Below are positions 1-11,757 of a stretch of DNA of 64,000 bases, one piece after another. Source of the stretch: Octopus vulgaris (taxonomy: Eukaryota); the NCBI GenBank assembly GCA_951406725.2, contig OX597816.1, forward strand, positions 164,424,001 to 164,488,000. Reading direction: 5' to 3'. The translations under genes and the position numbers were made by a program. The notes below the pieces were generated by a model. That model saw only the letters and a list, made by a program, of their open reading frames with translations, was not told the origin of the DNA and did no database searches. Every line of letters starts with the position of its first letter. Position 1 is the first letter of the stretch.

Positions 1-2917
1 TGAATAATACTTTAACTTCCTTTAAAAATAATTCACGGAAAATGCTATGATATACTTAACTTAAAACCTTTTAAAAAAAAATAAAGATCTGTGTGTGTGT
101 GTATGTATGTAAATTTATATACCCTGTATACATGCATTTGTATGTATGAACATATGTGTGGGTTTGTGAATATATATTTATACATGTGTGTGTGTGTGTG
201 TGTAAATGAATATGTAACTCCAATTGTCATCCATCAAGCATTTGAATATTAATTTGTGTGTTTGTGTATATGCTTCAATGAATGTACAAAGATTTACCTG
301 AGTATGTGTGTGTGTGTGTGTGTTGAAATAGCCTTCAACTACAATTCTGGTTTTTTGTTGTGGTTATTATTGTATTACTGAATAGAAAACACAAGCTAGC
401 TTTTGTTTTTGAATTTATAAAACAATCTTGTCGTTATCAAACAGAAAATATAGGAATTAGAATGAGGGAAACTAGAAATGAAGAAAAAAATCTAAACTTG
501 CAGATTAAAAAAAAAAAACTTCTTTGATTAAAAACTTACTCTGGTCTCGAGGATATATTTCCTGTTTATTTCAAATTTTTTTTCCCCGACTACCACTTCT
601 CTGTATTCTTGAGGCCTAATTGTGATTTGGAAGTGAGCTTCTATGAGTTTATTTAATATAGATTATACATACATCTATTGTACTCCTCCTTTATCATCTT
701 TGTATGTTTAGATATACTTTTAAAAGTGAAATGTCTATGAGGTTATATTATAGAGTTTGAACGGGTTTGTGTGTGTTTTTGGGAGTTAATGCGTTACGGT
801 TATTTAATATATGTGTATGTGTATAATTGTGAGGTTGTTTGTGTGTACACTGCAAGGATAAAGAGGGCTGTGTATTTAAGTGTTTGTTGATATATATTTA
901 TATATATATATATATATATAAAGGGGTTTGTAAGATTGTGTATAGAGGGATATATATTATTCAAAGGAATTCCAACTCTGTTTTTTGTTTTATTTATATT
1001 CTTTATAATATTAATGTAGAATATAGAATATATAGTATATATAGTAAAATGAAATGAAGTATTGTCTTATTGAAAAGAAGAAATATTGAATATCAAATAT
1101 TAAGGGACTAGTATACTTTCTTGCATTTAAGCAGTCTTCAAGGTCCCAGGTTGTGACAGGAATGTTTCAACTGTATGTGTGTGTGTGTGTGTATATATAT
1201 ATATACATAAATACGATCCAGGGATCTGAGTGTTGAAAGTTTGTAGGCTTTAAGTAGTATGTGACTGCTATAGAGAGCAAAAGGTGGACAGTGTATGATA
1301 AGATGCAATAATAATTTATTGGCATTGAGAATTATACACTGTTTCCAATACTGAACAATTGCATCATGAACTTCAGCTAGTTAAGAAACACATGTAGTGT
1401 GCATTTTACCTGTTCCACTCTTACAATTTGAATTTATATATATATGTAGTAATAACAAGAAATTTTGGATCCAAAAGTTCTTATTATATTCGTTCTACAC
1501 TCTTATGACACCACACTAATAACATTCCTGTAAATTTACTCCTTCGAATGGGAATATGAGGTGGCCAGAATAAATAGCATAGATTTTATGAGCACATCCA
1601 AAAATGTTTGACATAAATGGATTTAAAGATTATATATATAGTAAGTGAATTAGGATATACATTCTAGATATTTAACTCCTAGATATTTCACAGATCTGAA
1701 ATTTGAAAGGTTGAAAAGTCTCTTGAGACACCACAGCTCCAATAATCTAAAAATAAAAATGTATCCATTGAGTATATATAATAATAAAAAAACATCAAAG
1801 AATGGAGTTAGCAAACTGTGTTTAATGCTTCGTTTACAATTGTTTCGTCGGTTTCCATTATAACCAATTTTGCATCATGTCATTAGTATATCAATGATTA
1901 CTGAATGTTTTGGCAAAATGATTGGTAACAGGTGAGGCAGACAACCTGTTTAGTGCTTGAGCCATTACTAAATGCACCCAGTACACTTTGTAGAATGGTC
2001 GGTATTAGAAAGGACATCCAGCCATAGAAACCAAGTCATGAAGTCAAATGACCCATATCAGCCTATAGGAGCAGTGTCTGCCATTCAACTATGGCTTGGA
2101 CTAAGATAACCCATGTCTTGTCATCACATGCCTGTTGTGAACAAATATTGTCTTCATATAAGCAGTGCTGCTTTTATACAACTTGCCAACAATACATGTC
2201 TGTAATAGATATTACCTTGCTTTGAGACTGGTGAGGTTTGGTGACTTGAAAGAGCAACCAGCTATAGATCTGTTCTCTTTGATAAACTGTTCTTTTGTGT
2301 GTAAATGAGTTTGTATATACTGTGATCTGTATGTATTTGTATATGTTTGTGTATTATATTCTGTGTGCGTGTGCATGTGTACTGGCAATGATTTTCTGTT
2401 TCTGATACCACAAAAGCTTTTAGGTTTAACTTGCTTTTAAACAATATAAAGAAAATATATTAAAGATATAAGTTTAGGTTCGACTATTAAATATGTTCTT
2501 GTGAGTGTATGCGTGCATTTGTCTAGCTGAATAAATGGACAACCTATATAGATTGTAATTTATTTATTACTAAGCAGTTTCAGACGGGAGTACACTTCGG
2601 TTTCCTGTTTCACATAACATTTATTACTAACGACATTTAACGAGTCTCTCAATGTTTTTGTAATCTACTTTCATGGATACAAGAATAAAAAGTAATGCCA
2701 TTAGACATTCCACCTTTGCTTCCCCACACAATAATTTTAAACTGAAATTTGTTCAATTTTTAAAAATCATTTTTGTTACCTATTTAACCTTTTTATTTTT
2801 GTTGAAATACCACTGCCTTTTCTTTTGACTAATTTCTAAGATAATGAAAAATTTAGTAAGATATTTTGTCATTATTGAGCTGGTGTGTGGAACACGAATT
2901 AATTTAGATCACTTTAA

Positions 2918-3619
2918 CCCTTTTGTTACCATATTTCTGTGGAAATACATTGTCTTTTGTTTCATTTAATTTTGAAAATAATGAGGAATTTAGTAAAATA
3001 TTTTATCATTATGAACCCTTTCATTTCTGTATTTCTGTTGAGATGCTCTGTGTTTCTTTCAATTAATTTTAAATATAACAAAGAATTTAGTAAAATAACT
3101 TAGTTATCATTAAGCTAGTGTTAGGAACATAAATTGTGACTAAGGTTTGGTGGAATATTTTAATTCAGAACTTTTGAAAACAAAACATTTGTCCTACAGA
3201 GCCAGAGGCAATTTCTGCCAGGTTGGTATCAAAAGGGTTAAGAATTATTTCTCTATTATATATTTTAACCCTTTTGTTACCATATTTCTGTTGAGATGCT
3301 CTGTATTTTTTAAAAAATTAATTTTAAATATAACCAAGAATTTAGTAAAACAACTTAGTTATCATTAAGCTAGTGTTAGGAACATAAATTGTGACTAAGG
3401 TTTGGTGGAAGATTTTAATTCAAAACTTATGAAAACAAGACATTGGTACCACTGAGCCAGAGCTGGTTTCTGCCAGGTTGGTAACGAAAGGGTTAATCTG
3501 ATGTTTGAAGCATAAATCACCATGAATGTTAATGACAGGTTTTAATTTAGATTACTTTAAAATAGGAAGCTTATATCTTAGAACTAGGGGCAGTCTCAAG
3601 TAGTTTGGTATCAAAAGGG
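2918..3619 (+). mobile_element. nested piggyBac-type (TTAA) MITEs; outer monomer interrupted by a dimer at 3016-3492
   Basis: ttaa|CCCTTTTGTTACC left ends at 2918, 3016 (tgaa) and 3269. GGTATCAAAAGGG|ttaa-type right ends at 3237, 3492 and 3619. Confidence 0.8.
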
Positions 3620-4256
3620 TTTGACAGAGCAGATTGGTACCATGCATGACTAAATCTTATTTTCATCAGTGAAGCCCCATTTATTTTCCTTAGAAAGGTT
3701 TGACACTCATTTAAATGCAACCATTCCTTTGTTTGAATTTTGTCTGTTAGGAATGGTGTTAGATGATGATGATGATATCATTGCATGTGCAGTTCCATCT
3801 CTTGTGGTTAATGAAGAAATTATCATATGTACCGTTGTGATAATGACCAAAATGAAAAAAAGATGGTCTCTTGCACCAAATGAGTGGGAGAAAGCTTTGT
3901 TTACTTATTTCAGTTTTTGAACTGCGGCCATGCTGCAGCATAGCTTCAACCAGTTTAGTCAAACAAATAGCCACCCCAACCCTACATACTTATTTTTTAA
4001 AAATTGGGTATTCTATTAGTTATTATGACCACATTATAACAACATAAACAAACCAATACTGCTTTACAAGTATTTGGGATGGGAATGGGGCAAACACAAT
4101 GATGCATACATATATATTTTTTATTTCACTTAGGCATAGCGAATTTAATAACCTGGTATTAGAACTTAATGTACATATTGGAATGAAGCATAAGCCAAGT
4201 ACCGCACAGTAAAAAGAAATTAAAATGATAAAGGAGGAGGAAATTGTCATGTGTTC

Positions 4257-4410
4257 CATTAGCTTACGACTGTTTCTGCTATAAGATGCAATGCACTCAT
4301 GATTGAATGCTTGAGTATCAGCCTATAGCTTCATCAGAGCTTCAAACATGAAGTGCAAGCATTCAACTATGACTATGACTCTTATAGCAGAAACAACTGT
4401 AAGCCAATGA
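4257..4410 (-). mobile_element. short fold-back element with minimal hammerhead motif (Penelope-like remnant)
   Basis: Imperfect inverted repeat. Minus strand reads AGCT-CTGATGA-a-GCTATAGG...CTTATAGC-a-GAAAC-AGTC-GTA-AGCT. Confidence 0.6.
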
Positions 4411-4722
4411 TGTTAATGACATAATTTCTTACATACATACATTTATATATATATATATGTCTTGCTTTGAAAAACTGCATTAGGTACGATTGGTGAAATT
4501 TTGGTAGTAATGACTTATGTCCCTCTTAGTGTGAGGCATTTATGTGTAATAATGCCCTCTATACAATATATATATATATATATGAGATAATGGTGTCATT
4601 GAGACTCAGAGGTGTCAGCTAATGCTGAATAAGTGCTATAGACAGACCATAGTTAAATTCCAGATTCGGCAATATTGCGAATAAAGGGTTCAATGTTGGT
4701 TCTATGTCAGCGTGTGTATATA

Positions 4723-4889
4723 TGAATTTTTTGCGTAATGAGATAAAAAACCCAAGGCTGTATAGATATTAGAGCATTTATAGAAAGAATGTCTAATATC
4801 TATACAGATAAAAGGTCTATAGATCTTCTATCTATAAATGCTCTAATAGCTATACAGCCTTGGTTTTTTTTATCTCAATACACAAAAAA

Positions 4890-4893
<4 letters not shown>
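4723..4893. mobile_element. palindromic MITE-like fold-back in (TA)n
   Basis: About 65-bp arms: tgaattttttgcgtaatgagataaaaaacccaaggctgtatag... versus ...ctatacagccttggttttttttatctcaatacacaaaaaattca. Confidence 0.7.
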
Positions 4894-4942
<49 letters not shown>

Positions 4943-5173
4943 TTGCTATCATATTAAGCTATCGTATGTCCAAATTTGGCCAAATGGGTTTTTGTTTTTT
5001 TCAATATTTATTTTTGCTTGCAATAGCTGGTTCTTCTGGTCAAATTATCATATCTCCAGCTGCTTCAGATGCTAAGGTATCAAAAATTTTAGCTATGGAA
5101 TGGTGAAATTATTTTTTTATTTTCTGGAAAAAAAGCAACATTTTGGACTTACGATACTTTTGCATAATAGCAA

Positions 5174-5227
<54 letters not shown>

Positions 5228-6002
5228 CATAGACAAGAGGCTTCCACACAGTTTCCATGAGCCAAATTCACTCACAAGATATTGGTTTGCTTGGGGTTAT
5301 AACTACTTCTTAACGGTACATCCAAACCTGCACCTATCTTTTATGATAAGCTCAATAACAGCACTCTAATCCATGACTTGTATTTGTTTTTCTGTTTTAT
5401 GTGTTGTGATTGTCTTGAACACAAGTTGAATAACTGTCGTAAAATCAGTTAAAGACACCATTTGTTATGTTAGTTATGGTACTAGACACCCTAATGTCAA
5501 ACATGAAGTCTTGAGAATTTTAATAGCAATGGTCTGGAAATAAAAATAATAATGGTCAGCTTGCATGGCAGAACAAATTTACTCGAATTTGATATCAAAA
5601 TGGCATATTAAAATAGACACCCAGTGATGAATTATTGAGAGAGCTTTCATGTAGTTACATGGCTTGCTAGAAATAGAAACCAAGTCATCTTCAAATTACA
5701 GTTTACTGTCTTGAAAAGGAAGGATTATCTAGTTTTCCTAATACACAAAGAGAATGTTCACAGGTAGAATATATATTTATAGGTATGCTTGCTCTTTCAT
5801 GGTTGACCAGACCAGGAGCTAGACAGCATCAGCTTCTCTTACTCTCCCATACACACACACACACACACACACATGATACACATGATACACATGCACATAG
5901 ACCTATCATGTATGTATTCTAGTTTGAAATGGATAAAAATAATTATGGAGATGTACTTGCATAGCGAGTGACTTGATTTGAGATCGTGTGCTGGAACGAA
6001 AA

Positions 6003-6248
6003 CAATTGCAGCGTGGAAGGTGATTATAAGCCATTTAAGAAACACACAAAAAACCGTGACATTCACTTCAACATTTAAATTTATTTTGTCAAAATATTTT
6101 GTCGCTTTGAGACTGTTTTGTCAGTGAACAGGTCGCGGTCTCAAAGCGACGAAAATATTTTGACAAATTAAATTTAAATGTTGAAGTGAATCGAATGTTT
6201 TTTGTGTGTTTCTTAAATGGCTTATAAACACCTTCCATGCTGCAATTG
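6003..6248 (+). mobile_element. 111-bp-arm fold-back containing a variant minimal hammerhead fold (Penelope-like remnant)
   Basis: Arms at 6003-6113 and 6138-6248. The hammerhead-like fold spans 6117-6167. Confidence 0.65.
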
Positions 6249-6461
6249 ATAAAAATAATATTTATAAGAAAATATTCAAATGCTGAAATTGAACTTTTAA
6301 TGATCAAATTTGTATCTAGAACAATCCATGTCAGTAGTTTACAAAGATCTCAGTAAAAGCTTAGAGTTGTTTAGACATAAGTATTCCATTTACAAAATGT
6401 ATGACATTGAACATGCAGTGTGCTTGTGTACCCCTTCTTTATACAACTGCTATTTTTGCAG

Positions 6462-7160
6462 TTTAAAAACGATGTGCGTTTAAAGCCATTTTACATAGAA
6501 GAAGACTGGTGCAGTCGTCGTCGCAGTGAGCGCATCTTTTTGAATGACTCCAGCCCACAGCCGTCGCCCAATAACATCCGGGGTTCTGCACAGAACTGTA
6601 CTTCCATGCAAAATTCCTTGTCCACCAGCGGCAGCAGCTCAAGTGCAAATAATGTCAATTTGGGCAAGTCGAGCACTCGGAACAATCGATCGAGTAGTGC
6701 TTCTGGTAAGAATAATGCCAGCGCACCTGATACCTCTGTTACTGTTGCTGCTAGCATTGGCACCAGCACCAGTAGAACAGCTAGCAATGCTGGCGATTTG
6801 AGTTCAGTCCCTAATGTCACCAGTGCACAGGGCTCAGGTCAACCAAAGGTGAAGAGCGTGCGTAAACTTTCGGAGAAAGTGAAAGAGAAATACAACAAAG
6901 CTGCTCGTAAAAACGTACCGGCTGCAATGGAGTGCAACGTGACAACGGCTGGCGCCAACAGCATGTCTGTCAACAGCAGCACTGTCACCACTATGAGTGT
7001 TACCACCTCTAACACCAAGAACAGCAGCAACAACAACAACAACAGCAGCTCAACTGCAACATCGTCTTCAAGTTCTACCAAAACAGTAGCTATTTCTTCG
7101 TCAGCTTCCAATTCTACAGCAACATCCATTTCGTACCACACTTGTCGTTCAGCCTCGGCA
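6462..7160 (+). CDS. TNRC18/BAHCC1: TNRC18/BAHCC1-like gene, internal exon A (699 nt, phase 0/0), Ser/Thr/Asn-rich
   Basis: Acceptor tatttttgcag|TTT and donor GCA|gtaagt. Open frame FKNDVRLKPFYIEEDWCSRRRSERIFLND...HTCRSASA. The RRRSERIFL motif is recalled from TNRC18/BAHCC1. Phase matches the next exon. Confidence 0.88.
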
Positions 7161-7232
7161 GTAAGTACTGCTTTAATCTCTCTCTCTCTCTCTCTCTCTT
7201 TCTCTCAGTCTCTCCCTTCCCCTCTCTTTCTT

Positions 7233-7266
<34 letters not shown>

Positions 7267-7917
7267 AAATCCACCCCTTGCATCTCATTCACTAAAATGC
7301 TCCCCCATATCTCTGTGCTCCTTCCTGCCTTAACCAATCAGCCTACCTTACTAATTAAACTATTAATTACTTCCCAGACGATGATTGCAAATATTTCACT
7401 CTTGCTTCTGTTGATTTCTTTAATTAGCTTCCTTACTGGCAGAATCATTAGCATGTTAGACAAAATACTCAACAACCTTCCTTCTGGCACTTAATGTACC
7501 GAGTTCAAATTCCGATGAGCTCGACATTGTCTTTCTTCCTTCTGGGGCCAATAAAATAAAGTATCAGTCTAGCAGTGGGGTTGATGTAATTTAGTTGCCC
7601 CTCCTCTCAAAATTGTGCATCTTGTGGTAAAATTTAGATTTATTATTATCATGAAGTTGAAAAGATATCAAAATCACAAGCATGATGTAAAAATGATATT
7701 AAGTGGCATTTCTCTGGCTTTTTACATCCTAACTTCACAATCTGCCATGTGTGTGCTTTGATCCAGCCTTTGATCCAGTTTGCCTTGATCCAGCCAAGGT
7801 CAATAAAATAAGTACTTTTTGAGCTCTGGGGTCGATGTCATCAACTATCTTCCTCCCTAAAATTTTAAGTTTTGTGGCTTAAGTAGAAAGAGTTATTATT
7901 ATTATTATCATCATCAT

Positions 7918-8143
7918 ATTTTACTTCTCAGAGCTCACAATCTTATTTGCTCTGGTTAATTCCATGAGTGCAGACAGCATCCATGAATTATAAGACTTGG
8001 TAATTAGGTGTTAAGTATCATGGAAGATATTCAACACCCAAGTACCAACCTCAAAATCCTAGCTGTCCCCAATAGAGCAGTTTTTTGGGTATGCTTGCTC
8101 TCGTGTAATTTCCAGTTTCTCCAGTGTATTTCTCAAACTTGGT
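7918..8143 (-). mobile_element. 5'-truncated R4/Dong-type LINE 3' end
   Basis: Minus strand encodes ...QKTALLGTARILRLVLGC*, the typical C-terminus of restriction-like-endonuclease R4/Dong ORFs. Flanked by (TTA)n on both sides. Confidence 0.65.
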
Positions 8144-8145
8144 TG

Positions 8146-8186
<41 letters not shown>

Positions 8187-9047
8187 TAAAAGCAACAAAC
8201 TACTGGACAAATTGCTTTTTCTCTAGTTTGATTTGTCTTCAGTCTTTCTTCAAATCCTGCCAAGTTTAACCTGATTAATGATTAATCCTCAAGATGTTTG
8301 ACAAAACCTTTGTAGCCCACATAAGACTCGAGTCAATTACTCTAACTATAATCCTTTCATTATGTAGCATGGGTGGGTGAGAATATATTTGGGTTAAAAG
8401 AAATAATTCTAACTATTATTATTATTATGGTGACCATTATAGAAAAGAAGAGACTGCTGATGATTCTGCCATGCCTGTCTTCACTACAGAACCTTTAAAG
8501 AACTGCATTCAAACATGAGTTCCTGTTGCCCTTTCAAGATCTATATTAACTCTGCAGTCTAATTACGTTATCATCCAGAACCTTTGTAATATCTCCTAAC
8601 TAATCAGTATTATTGTTATGGCTAATCTATAATCTGAATGATATTCAAACAAGCTTCACATGAAACCCTAATTATCCTTCATTTCCATTTCCTAACTAAT
8701 CACTGTCTTAGTTAATATTAAATTAATTACTTAACTAATCCATGATTTAGTTGATATTAATCTCATTCTGCCATCATAAAAATGGTAATAAACCTTTTAT
8801 TTTCTGTTAATGTTTTTATTGTTTTCTGTGAATGGCTATGGTTTTGCTTCTTATTGATGTTGTCAATTTTTATTATATGAATGTGCATGTCTATATATGT
8901 ATATATATATAATGTATATATTTCGTTGTATTATGTATGTATTTGTTATTACATCTACACCAAAATTAAGAAGCAGAATAGCTTCAGACACTGTGGTATC
9001 AAGTAATATAATTTTACTCTGGTTTACAGTATGTCAAACTCAGTAGT

Positions 9048-9340
9048 ACTTACTTGAACTTGTGACGGCGTTCACCCAGGGCGGGTTGATCCGGCTTTTT
9101 CTCTGGTCCTAACGGCATCACGAACCATGACGGCCCACGCTCGACGGTTCTGTGCGAGGTCACTGGAGATAGCGAGCCATTCGCGGTTCCATCTGCGCAG
9201 ACTGACCACCTGTGGACCAGAGAGTTCGGAGAGGTCCTCCTTTATCGTCGTTGCCCAGGTCTTCAGCTACCCGCCCCTGCGTTTGCGCCAGTTGGGAAGT
9301 GGAGGTGGGAGGAGGGCATCACGAATCAGCTCACCCTGTA
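9048..9340 (-). mobile_element. RTE-clade LINE 3' fragment
   Basis: Minus frame GELIRDALLPPPLPNWRKRRGG*LKTWATTIKEDL...LAQNRRAWAVMVRDAV, then a short 3' UTR and caagtaagta tail. GC- and CpG-rich. Confidence 0.75.
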
Positions 9341-9349
9341 GGATCATTA

Positions 9350-9540
9350 CTATTGTCTTGAGTCAAAAGTTTTGTAGTATTTTGGTAACTTATTTGATTT
9401 ATTCATTAACTTACAACAAAAGCAGCCTATCATTCAAAGTAGAGGCCATTGTGTTGCACCGTCTGAAGCCACCTTTCGGTCAGTTCTTCGGTCCCATTCT
9501 GATACCAGCTCTTGTCCTTTGAGGCATATCACTGAAACTT
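9350..9540 (-). mobile_element. mariner transposase C-terminal remnant
   Basis: Minus frame ASKDKSWYQNGTEELTERWLQTVQHNGLYFE*. Confidence 0.6.
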
Positions 9541-9769
9541 TGGCCTCCGGTTGGTTGTAGAATTATGAGAATAAAAAGTGAACCAGTATGTATCAGAGAT
9601 GTTCTTAGTTGATGCCAACAGCAAACTTACCATTACCTGTAGAGACTACACTTAAACCACATTTTTAAAGAAAGGTACCTGACCTCAGAGTTTACCAAAA
9701 CATACTATGATGATCACATCTTAGGGTCATATGAGTTACTTTGAAGTTATTTCAGTTTTCTATAAATAC

Positions 9770-10152
9770 TTCTCTTTTACTTGTTTCAGTCATTTGACTG
9801 TGGCCATGCTGGAGCACCGCTTTTAGTCGAGCAAATTGACCACAAGACTTATTCTTTGGAAGCTTAGTACTTATTCTATCGGTCTCTTTTGCCGAACCAC
9901 TAAGTTACAGGGATGTAAACACACCACCATCGGTTGCCAAGCAATGTTGTGGAGACAAACACAAACACACACACACACACACATGTATACAACAAGCTTC
10001 TTTCAGTTTCCGTCTACCAAATCCACTCACAAGGCTTTGGTCGGCCCGAGGCTATAGTAGAAGACACTTGTCCAATATGCCACGCAGTGGGACTGAACCC
10101 AAAACCATGTGGTTGGTAAGCAAGCTACTTACCACACAGCCACTCCTGCACC
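9770..10152 (-). mobile_element. tRNA-derived SINE, family 1 (internal CA/TG microsatellite)
   Basis: Reverse complement of 62319-62730. A-box-like tggctgtgtggtaag and B-box-like ggttcagtccc. Confidence 0.85.
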
Positions 10153-10404
10153 TGCAACCGTCATTCTAAGAAATCCTGATCTTGTTGAGTAGAAATGCCA
10201 CATATCCCAAAATTGTTCCAAAATCTATTGTCTCTTTGAATGAAGTTCCTCTTAACAGGTTGGAGCACACCTAGACAGATATAGTATTGTATCATTTATA
10301 GACAGACATATAAGAGAACGCTGAATATTTACAGATAAAACTAAATCCTGGTATATCTGGTGTAGACTTTATAGGTTGCCTTAAGAATTATTATTATCAT
10401 TAAT

Positions 10405-10622
10405 ATGGTGATCTGGCAGAATTGTTAGCATGCTGTATGAAATGCTTTGATGAAATATCGTTATGTTCTGAGTTCAAATTCTGCTGAGGTCAACTTTGTC
10501 TTTCATCCTTTTGGGGTCGATAAATTAAGCACCAGTGAAATCCTGGGTTTGAAGTAGTCAGATAGTCCCCGCCCACCAAATTTCAGTCCTTATGCCTATA
10601 GTAGAAAGGATTATTATTATTG

Positions 10623-10662
<40 letters not shown>

Positions 10663-10967
10663 TGGGATCGATGTAGTCGACTCATCCCCTCCCCCAAAAC
10701 AGCTGCCCTTGTGGCTAAATTTGAACCCATTATTATTATTATTAAGGCAGCAAGATGGCAGAATCGTTAGCACACCGGGTAAAATGCTTAGTGGTATTTC
10801 ACCCATCGCTACATTCTGAGTTCAAATTCCACCAAGGTTGACTTTGCCTTTCATCCTTTCATAGTTAATAAATTAAGTAGCAATGATACACTGGGGTCAA
10901 TGTAATCAACTAGTCCCCTCCCCACAAATTTCAGGTCTTGTGCCTTTAGTGGAAAGGATTATTATTA

Positions 10968-11013
<46 letters not shown>

Positions 11014-11480
11014 TGAAGGTGGCAAGCTGGCAGAATTGTTAGCATGCTGGAAGCAGTGCTTGGCAACATTAGTCTGTCTTTTTATATTCCGAGTTCAAAT
11101 TCTGCAGAGGTTGACTTTGCCTTACATCCTTTCCGGGTTGATAAAATAATGACCAGTTGAGCACTGGGGTTTTTGTAATCAATTAGCCACACCTCTCAAA
11201 ATTTTGGGCCTTGTGCGTATAGTAGTGCAGCCTTCCAGCTTGCCAGCCCTGGTCAAACCATCCAACTCATGCCAGCATGGACAACGGACGTTAAATGATT
11301 ATTATTATCATTATTATTATTTATTATTATTATTATTAGTAGTAGTAGTAGTAGTAGTAATAGAGTAGTGGAGCTGGCAGCAATGTTACAGCATTGGACA
11401 AAATACTTTATGGCATCTGTTCCAGCCCTCAATTTTCTGAGATCAAATCCCACCAAAATTAACTTTGCCTTCATTTTATC
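10405..11480 (+). mobile_element. head-to-tail cluster of family-2 tRNA-derived SINEs
   Basis: Repeated ggcagaat(c/t)gttagca...gagttcaaattc...gactttgcctttcatcctt...gataaa...agtaccag units at about 10405, 10746, 11018 and 11375, separated by (TTA)n. Other copies at about 7440, 18810, 33450(-), 38690, 40595, 48290, 48514, 56490(-), 59110(-) and 60695(-). Confidence 0.8.
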
Positions 11481-11757
11481 ACTTTCAGTGATATTCTTAC
11501 CTCACAGAGTTTAGAAAATGATTAATATTGTTTTAAGAAGGTAAAAATTAAAGAATGCAGAAAAAGTTCTTTGAGAATGTGGAGTGCATGATTCTTTGAA
11601 TACAGACTGGAATCACTTACTTTCAAAACAATACTAAAAATTATTCTTGTAAAATTATTGAAGAAATATTTCTGTGAAATCTAATAAAGGAAGTTGTGAT
11701 GTACTAGTTAATTAATTAATTAATTAATTAATTAATTACATTTTATTTGTTTTTCAG

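Noticed and set aside
1-6400. Additional upstream exons or promoter
   Set aside because: No convincing splice-bounded frame with family similarity. Treated as intron.
6491-7141. Antisense ORFs over exon A (and 24234-25912 over exon G)
   Set aside because: Shadows of low-complexity coding sequence.
7161-7295. C-terminal extension of the 291-aa ORF
   Set aside because: Read-through past the GTAAGT donor into (CT)n. The ORF's N-terminal 14 residues are also intronic.
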